DNA of 64,000 nt, taken from positions 1,054,001-1,118,000 of the forward strand of contig OZ176051.1 in the NCBI GenBank assembly GCA_964247055.1. Reading direction: 5' to 3'. The position numbers and the translations under genes are program-made. Origin of the DNA: Paragordius varius (Eukaryota > Animalia > Nematomorpha). A model generated the notes under the pieces. It was not told the origin of the DNA. It worked only from the letters and a program-made list of their open reading frames with translations, and made no database searches. Each line of letters begins with the position of its first letter. Within the stretch, counting starts at the first letter, position 1. Shown in pieces: positions 56,330 to 64,000 of the stretch.

Positions 56330-56823
56330 TTTTATATTTTATAATTTATTTTTTATTTATATATATTTATTTATTTTTTATTTTAAAATTCTTATTTATT
56401 TTTTATTTATTTATTTTTGTTATATTTATTTCTATTTTTAAAATATTTAATTTTATTTTTTTTATTTTATTTAAATTTTTATTTTATTAATTTTATATTT
56501 TTATTATTTATTTTTGAATATTATATTTTTTTTAAAAAAAAATAAATTATATTTTAATTTTTTATTTTATTTTTTTTATTTTATTTAAATTTTTATTTTA
56601 TTAATTTTATATTTTTATTATTTATTTTTGAATATTTTTTTAAAAAAAATTTTTAAATTACATTTTAATTTTTTATTTTATTTTTTATCTTTTAACATAA
56701 TTTACTATTATATTATTTTTTTTATTATTTTATTTTATAGTTCTTTAATTATTATTTAATTAATGTTTTTTGATTTTTAATATTTTTTAATTTGTTTTAT
56801 TATAATTTTTATTTATTTTTATA
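56330..56823 (+). repeat. T-rich low-complexity tract (left part)
   Basis: Almost only T and A with strong T excess; internal duplication of about 90 bp. Confidence 0.9.
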
Positions 56824-58286
56824 TACCATTTCCCAGTCTAAATAAACGTTTTCCCAGTCAATCGAAACAGTTTCCCAATCAATCGAAACTTTTCCCCAGT
56901 CAATCGAAACATTTTCCCAGTCAATCGAAACGTTTTCCCAGTCAATCGAAACGTTTTCCCAGTCAATCGAAACATTTTCCCAGTCAATCGAAACGTTTTC
57001 CCAGTCAATCGAAACATTTTCCCAGTCAATAAAAACATTTTCTCAATCAATAAAAACGTTTTCCCAGTCAATAAAAACGGTTTTATTTTTGATGATAAAT
57101 ATAATAACAAGACATAAAAATAACTTTCAGCCATTATCAGCGTAATATTAGGATATTATTTTTATAAAAACACAATTATTGAATGACAATTTTCAAAATA
57201 TATTCCAGTGCACAATCAGTAATGACTTATTCTTTTAAAGAATTATATTTTTAGAATTTGAGATGTTTTTACGATCATATTTTTTATTTTATTAATGGTT
57301 CGCATAAATATTTGCCGAACGCCTTAAAACAGTTTTTAAACATGTCAAGTTTTTTATAAAAATACTGTCGGAAAAAATATCTAAACCAAAATTTTTTTCG
57401 ATAAAAATGTTTTTCATTTAAAAAATTTAATAAAAAGATATTTGACTAAAACAGGGGTGTCTAACCACGCGGGCCGCATTACTCAAAAAGCACGGCGTTC
57501 CATTCGATATATTTCATAAATAATTTTATGATTAGACATAATAAGACTGTAAAATACAAAAATATAACATTAAGATTTTGTGGGCATATTTTTGCATATA
57601 GATTTCCAATTTTTCGTGGGCCGCAGAAAGATACTCGGCAGGCCGCCTTAGTCCCCCGATGAACCAAATAAAAAATATTATAAAGTTATGGTAAAATTTA
57701 TGTTTAAGATCGAATATGAAGTATGACCTTTGAGATAAAAATGGCATATTATTTTTATTTTTAATATTTCATCCGAAACTATAGATTTTTTAAGTTAGCC
57801 ACAAATAATGCGAACCATCAATAAAATAAAAAATATTATCTTAAAAACATCTCAAATTCCAAAAATATACTTTAAAAGAATAAGTCATTACTGATTGTGC
57901 ATTGGAATATATTTTGAAAATTGTCATTCAATAATTGTGTTTTTATAAAAATAATATCCTAATATTACGCTGATAATGGCTGAAAGTTATTTTTATGTCT
58001 TGTTATTATATTTATCATCAAAAATAAAACCGTTTTTATTGACTGGGAAAACGTTTTTATTGATTGGGAAAATGTTTTTATTGACTGGGAAAATGTTTCG
58101 ATTGACTGAGAAAACGTTTCGATTGACTGGGAAAATGTTTCGATTGACTGGGAAAACGTTTCGATTGACTGGGAAAATGTTTCGATTGACTGGGAAAATG
58201 TTTCGATTGACTGGGAAAACGTTTCGATTGATTGGGAAAATGTTTCGATTGATTGGGAAAACGTTTATTTAGACTGGGAAATGGTA
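56824..58286. mobile_element. MITE/foldback D: ~490-bp TIRs, each with 11 copies plus a terminal variant of the 21-bp unit GAAACRTTTTCCCAGTCAATC
   Basis: Ends TACCATTTCCCAGTCTAAAT / ATTTAGACTGGGAAATGGTA with TA on both flanks; arms about 56824-57310 and 57802-58286. Confidence 0.95.
57452..57660 (+). mobile_element. hAT-like MITE remnant nested in the centre of element D
   Basis: Starts CAGGGGTGTCTAAC...GCGGGCCGCA, typical of hAT/Charlie-type non-autonomous ends; right end decayed; related end GTTGGACACCCCAG at about 3460. Confidence 0.5.
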
Positions 58287-59090
58287 TATTTTTCAATTTT
58301 TTTTATATATTTTTTTAAATTATTTTTTAATATATTATTTGAATTTTTCTTTATCATATAATACTTTTAATAATTTTTTTATTTTTTTAATTTGTTTTAT
58401 TATTTATTATTTTAATATTTTTATTTATTTATTTTTTATTAATTCATTAATTTTTATTCTTTTTTTATTTTATATTTTATTTTAATTTTTATTTAATTTA
58501 TTTTTTATTTTTTTATATTTAAAATTTTAAATTTTGATTTTTTTATTTATTTTTTAATATCATAATTTCATTTTATATTATTTTTTATTTATTTATTTTT
58601 AAATTTTTTTTTTTTATATTTAATTATCATTTTTTTATTTTTTATATATATTTAATTCTTAATGTTTGTTTATTTATTTAGTATTTTTTTATTTTAATAT
58701 TTTTTATATTTTTTATTTTATCATTTACATATATATTTTATATTATTTTTTATTTTTATCATAATTTCTTATTATATTATTTTTATTTAATTTTTTAATC
58801 TCAATTTTTAATTTAATTATTATATTTTAATTTAATATTTTATATATTTTATTTTATCATTAACAATATAATTTATATTATTTTTTTATTTTATCATAAT
58901 TGCTTATATTATTTTTATTTTTTATTAATTTATCAATTTTTAATATTTAATTATTATTTTTTTATTTTAATATTTTTTATATTTTTTATATTTTTTTTTA
59001 TTTTATCATTTATATTTTTTATTATTTTTTATTTTTTACCATAATTTTATATTATGTTTTAATTTATTATTTAATTTTTTAATTTATCAA
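58287..59090 (+). repeat. T-rich low-complexity tract (right part)
   Basis: Same composition and strand bias as 56330-56823. Confidence 0.9.
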
Positions 59091-59369
59091 TAGCCTAAAA
59101 TGGCGAAGAATATTTGGTATTCTCGCCCACATCTGAAAATAAAATTTTGTAAAAATATAGTTTTGCATTTTAAATATAGTTAAATCATCATTTTTGGATG
59201 TATCATATGGTTCTTACCAAAAATATTTTATCAAACATAATATCGCTATTTTACGATGTTGCGCAATTACCACAAAAGTGCAAATAACTTTCCATACATG
59301 TAAAACCCAAAACCACCATAGGAATCCTGATACATCTATCTATCACAAAATATGCATTTCATTAAAATA

Positions 59370-59860
59370 TTTTTAGACCCTCCGACGCAGTGAAGTCATA
59401 CAAGTAATAAACGACTACGTATATTTCGGAAACCAAATGACCAATGAATATGGAGAAAGCAATTAGATATCACGTTTACCAAAGATGGGTTAAGTTTCAC
59501 ATATCAAATCCAATTTCAAAACATCCATATGCATCTATAAGAACAAAGGTAAAATATATAAGGTAGTCGATCAATCTCATGCAGTAGTACATGGGCACCG
59601 ACTGAGCAAAAGATTTATAATGTGGATAGCAAAAGAAAGAACAGTAACGCTGTTTGAAGAAAAATTGGAAATAATGGATAACGATGTTATATTCATATTT
59701 AACGACACACCGAAGGCCTGACTAACACAATGTTAGAATGGATTATCAATTAAAACAGAAAAAGAAGACCGCGTATAAGTTGCACTATTAAAATTGGAAA
59801 TGCAAATCAAACCTAAGATATACCCGGATGGCATACATGAATCGGATTTAGTACGGAAAA
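59370..59860 (+). mobile_element. Decayed 3' fragment of an RTE element
   Basis: Remnants VINDYVYFG, SIRTKVKIYK, TWAPTE, RPRIS. Confidence 0.65.
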
Positions 59861-60443
59861 AATTTTTACATATTATTCACCAAACCTCTACTCCTGTAGC
59901 ACAGCAAATGTGATGATATATAATAGATGAAAAAAAATATTTAATTGGTTAAAAAAATAATAGTTCATTAAACCTGTTTTGACCGAATTAAAAATATTTC
60001 CAACATATTGTTCTCAATTTTTTTACATATTTATGTCCAAAGTATATCAGCATTTGATATATAATTTCAAAAAATTTACTTCTTCGTTTTGGGCAAATGC
60101 AAGATAAGGTCCTAATTTAAAAATCGTTTTGCCAAGATTAGTAAAGCTGTTTTGGCATATTGATAAACCATGAATGAATACAATATAAGTAAATCTGATG
60201 TAATCCTCATATTATATAATTTTAAGCTAACAACACGAATAAAACTTAATTACAAAAATACACAAAGGTGTTGAACAACTGTCTAATCCACCAATAAAAA
60301 TTTAAACAATACAAAGCATACAAAAACAATATCTTTTTTTCGTAGTGAGATTCCAAATTGGAATAAAATAAATCAATATGTTACGTAAATTTATCTGTTA
60401 ATTTACAATATAATACCAAAATCTGAAACCATGTTCAAATAAA

Positions 60444-60461
60444 TTTATTTAATAATTTATT
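60444..60461 (-). promoter_or_regulatory. Candidate NAPRT polyadenylation signals (two AATAAA)
   Basis: Plus-strand TTTATT at 60444-60449 and 60456-60461, about 40-60 nt past the stop codon; weak evidence in such AT-rich DNA. Confidence 0.35.
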
Positions 60462-60501
60462 AATGAGTATTACAATGGTCTTATATAAAAAACTAATTAT
60501 A

Positions 60502-61034
60502 TTAGGACAATTCACTAATAGGAGCATTTTCCTCCCATAACTTTTGAATTAAATTATACATTGTTTCGGTTACAGATACCTTGTAAGGGGTCGGATTTAA
60601 ATGCCTTTTGTGATCGGATCGTAGAGTTATCAAATTACTTTGAACGAAATCACGTATTTGTTGCAGAGATTGCAATTTAGTTTGTATCTATCTAAATGAA
60701 AAACAAAAAAAACCTTCCCATTTTGCCAATAAAGTTTGAGTAAGGGCTCAACGCGACTTGGGTTAACAAACGTTCTAAGAGATGACTAAAATGTAAAAAT
60801 GAGACATCAAAAAAATACTTGAAATGGATGTCTGCAAAGAATTTTAACTCCGGCCTGTACTTCGGAAGATTCTGTGTCAGATTGAATAAGATCTAAAATT
60901 GCTTTGCCTAGAAAGTTAGGTATAAATATACCATCTTTTCCGTATAAGCGATAAACCTTCTTTTTGCCAGGGATCGTCATTTTCTCCACATCTTGAGTTA
61001 ATTTCATGCGTTGTTTTCCATCTATTTCAACCAA
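60502..61034 (-). CDS. NAPRT: Nicotinate phosphoribosyltransferase, last four coding exons (61034-60932, 60907-60819, 60785-60714, 60687-60502); 5' part lies outside the window
   Basis: Splicing three GT-AG introns gives 149 aa plus TAA: [149 protein letters not shown]. This matches the conserved eukaryotic NAPRT C-terminus (KLxQDVEKxTIPGKK, LCRHPF, [12 protein letters not shown], LWxxNAPIxEL). Confidence 0.95.
60688..60713 (-). other. NAPRT: 26-nt spliceosomal intron of NAPRT (phase 0)
   Basis: gttttttttgtttttcatttagatag; only the distal AG keeps the frame into IQTKL...NPTPYKV. Confidence 0.85.
60786..60818 (-). other. NAPRT: 33-nt spliceosomal intron of NAPRT (phase 0)
   Basis: gtatttttttgatgtctcatttttacattttag; contains an in-frame TGA; removal joins CRHPFQ to SSLRTFVNP. 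Confidence 0.9.
60908..60931 (-). other. NAPRT: 24-nt spliceosomal intron of NAPRT (phase 1)
   Basis: gtatatttatacctaactttctag; removal restores ...YGKDG-KAILDL and deletes an 8-aa insertion absent from the family consensus as I recall it. Confidence 0.85.
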
Positions 61035-61429
61035 CTTGGATGCGTTTAAGATAGATTAGAAATGAATAATGTACCAAATCAATGCATTTTAAATAAAATA
61101 GTAGAATTTTTATGAAATGTAGTGTTTAATTTACTACTATTCCAACTGTATTAATGTTAATAGTTCTTAAACTAATAAAAATGGCCATATTTAAAAAATT
61201 TTTAACGAAATATGGCAGTTAAATTTAAAATTAATATGAGAAAATATATAACATATTAATATATATAAATTATAAAACCAATAAAAATTTAGTATCATAA
61301 AATAATTAATATATAAAGTAAATTTTGTAGCAGTTTGTCAGAAAATGAAGTAAGATTATGCGTATATGAAGAATTTATACAAGCAAAAAATAGAGATTAC
61401 ATCAATATTAATTGGATCTTTAAGGGTTA

Positions 61430-63650
61430 AAAAATGTATAAATATATGAAACGTGAGTACGATTAGTTGGTGCAATATAATAGAGAAATTGTGTATCTAC
61501 TATATATGTTTTTAACTATGAAATAGAAACATAGAGACAAAGAATAAAAGACGTCATAATCAAAGAATGCAGATATTGTTTGTTAGTTGGCTGAAGCTCA
61601 AGGAATAAATATGAAGGTCTTACTTACTCTGAAATTAAAATAGACATCTGAAATGAAAGCGGGACCGATGAAAGAATCTATCTCCAACACGGGTGAATTC
61701 GAAAAAGAAAGCGGTTCCCAATTCGCATCAGCCTGGTCAAATAAAGTCGCAAAAAGTTCTGACTATATTTTTCATTTGAAATATTTGGAATAGCAAATTT
61801 ATATGCTCAAACTGTACCATGATATGCCACACAGTGAAGAAGAAAGGATTAAATTTTCGGGAAATGAATTATTTAGTTTAATAACAATCATGGTAAACAA
61901 TAATGCAAATTTAGGGGAAAAAACCATAACATTCCCAGTAAAAAATTATAGCAAGATGTTTAAAAAAATTATCATCACTCATTTATTTACGCAATTTGCG
62001 GATTGATGTATGATTGTTTACAAAACTTTTGGGTTTCATAACAATTAACGCACGCCATTTCGGGTATATTATATATTAGATTATCGTATTCTATTTGTTA
62101 TCCATTTTATTTGCGGTCGTCCTTTATTTTTTTCATTCTTGCATTGTATTACGTTTAATGTACCATTAACATATTCTAGTTTAAGTAGCTAATGAGGAAT
62201 TCCTATTTTATTTCGCTGCAGTGCTATTGCTTGCTATACTCATAAACTTTTCTATGCTTTGAATATCCATTTTTATTAAGTTTGTGTCGTTGCCCATGAC
62301 TGACGACCAGTTAAGATTGCAAGTCAAATTGCCCTGTATAATTAATCTGTTCTCAAAGATACATGAGGATTTTTTAAATTGCCTTAAATTAATGAAACCC
62401 ATGCAACTTAACAAATACTTTCTCAGGTGTACCATTGTTGCTAATTATCCCAAAAATTGGTTAATAATTCTATTCCATTACCAAAATTCATTTGTACTGA
62501 ATCGCTTTGTGGTTATATACCATTAACAATTCAAATTCACCTTTATACAATTCAAATTCACCCTTGAACAATTCAAATTCACCCTAAAAATAAATTATGA
62601 AATTTCGGTCTAATATAAATCATCATTATAATTAAATATATTTTTATGGCAAAGTTTATTATTTTTTCAGTATTATTTGGATTACATACAAAGTTTCTTT
62701 TTTTAAAAATATAAAAAAATATAGGTAATGTTTAATCTTAAAAAACACAAAATTTATTTTCGGGTGAATTTGAATTGTTCGAAGGTGAATTTGAATTGTT
62801 CAAGGGTGAACTTGAATTGTTTAAGGGTGAATTTGAACTGTAAATGGTATATCTTACTTTTTCCATGTATAAATTTTCCATTAATATTGGCCCAATGGTT
62901 ATCACCTATAATTGTACAAACAGCATTGTATCGAATTCATATCAATGTTCTGTTCGCAGATATTTCATAGAAATTTGACGATATTAGAAATCGTTGTCCT
63001 GTTATCATTATATTTTTCTTATCTGTTTTGTAATCAAGCCTTTTTTGTAAAGTTTACACCTTATCTTTTTTCTCTAATAATTCTCCATACGATTTTGATG
63101 TTAAGATATAAAGATCTGCATAAAGTGCTTCAAAAAATATGGTCCATATCTTATTTCTTCAGATATTATATAATAAAAAAAAGGCACTCTGTGTAATCCA
63201 TTATTATAGCTAAATCTAGGGTTTTAACTGTCGTTTTTTTGCATAAATATCATCCTATTGAGAACAACAAACTGTACATAACAAAGTACTCTTGGGACAA
63301 AATGTGCCTGATGACTAATAATCATATTGAAATATAAATATAAAAGTATAATATGTGTTGCTTATCTCACAGAGCTTTATTATTGAAACGTGCGATAAAG
63401 TTATATGAAAGCATAATAGAAAAGATAATAAGAATATTTGGAAGCTGTGCCAATATCCATTCGCGTTTCTCCAAAATTAATCAACCATCAAACCATCTGC
63501 ACACCTTAGGACAATTACAAGAGAAATTACCTTGTCAAAATGGAAAAAAACTTATGATCACGTTTCCCAATAAATTAACCTCATAGACGTTGAGAGAAAA
63601 TTAGGTACCTGAATATTTTAAAGAATTTATCATACTACTATACAAATACA
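61430..63650 (+). mobile_element. Heavily decayed RTE element inside the long NAPRT intron, antisense to the gene
   Basis: Ordered remnants: (W)NVST at about 61447, LYAQT..EEERIKF at about 61800-61856, VPDD at about 63304, RALLLKRAIKLYESIIEK, MEKxYDHV, LREKLGxPEY. Confidence 0.7.
62518..62849. mobile_element. MITE C: complete 332-bp element with 21-bp repeats
   Basis: Ends TACCATTAACAATTCAAATTCACC / GGTGAATTTGAACTGTAAATGGTA with TA on both flanks; same family as MITE B. Confidence 0.92.
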
Positions 63651-64000
63651 TTTGCGACAATTAAAACTCGTGTAAGAATTTTTTTTAATTTTTATTCAAA
63701 ATTAATTAACCAAGGCAAATAAAATAAAGTATTATCATACCTTTGTTAAATAAGCATAAAAACCATTTTCTGGGAAAAATATTTTAAAAATAATATAATG
63801 GATTTAAAAGGTTTGAGATGATTAAAAAACATGTAGTAAATAATTTTTTACATTGGCACATGTTAATTAAAAACTTGCGGACTTTTATTTTAGTTAACAA
63901 TAGGAAATAAATAAATAGATTTATTATGTAAAAATCCTATAAATAAGTATTGTTATTTAACTATGAATAATATTTAGAACTTAAAATTTAAAATAAAACC

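Noticed and set aside
56824-57080. 21-bp arrays as a CRISPR-like locus
   Set aside because: Units are contiguous with no unique spacers, lie inside TIRs, and the context is eukaryotic with no cas genes.
56838-58296. Mirror-image 98-aa heptad-repeat ORFs (RLTGKTF)n and similar ORFs at 10652, 10905, 11290 and 62728
   Set aside because: They are translations of 21-bp subterminal arrays of MITEs, open only because the unit lacks stops.
63428-63445. ASKYSY hexapeptide matching an N-terminal NAPRT motif
   Set aside because: No donor follows, flanking residues do not match (no GGFD), the intervening NAPRT exons are absent, and it lies in the RTE relic.
63169-63600. Minus-strand frame of 144 codons with five TGA and no TAA or TAG, suggesting UGA=Trp DNA (NUMT or Mollicute insert)
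   Set aside because: The plus strand carries ordered RTE reverse-transcriptase motifs (VPDD, KLYESIIEK, EKxYDHV), so this is the antisense shadow of a decayed LINE; the translation resembles no protein I recognise.

Overview
Very AT-rich eukaryotic (animal-type) genomic DNA, almost entirely decayed transposon sequence. One host gene is recognisable: the last four exons of nicotinate phosphoribosyltransferase (NAPRT, minus strand, 60502-61034). They are separated by GT-AG introns of 24, 33 and 26 nt, and preceded by a >2.9 kb intron holding a decayed RTE retrotransposon. Other content: at least five decayed RTE-clade LINE relics; many palindromic MITE/foldback elements, including a family with TACCATTT ends and 21-bp subterminal arrays; and a ~5.7 kb-arm inverted repeat around a ~5.3 kb spacer. 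A type I hammerhead ribozyme motif (9121-9174, minus) sits in the loop of a 100-bp-arm inverted repeat, an arrangement typical of Penelope-like elements. The 15.9 kb between the two 200-N gaps (30021-45933) is redundant: base 29820 joins seamlessly to 46134, so it is probably an assembly duplicate or haplotig. Everything was read by eye; identities and most repeat boundaries are approximate, and no database search was run.
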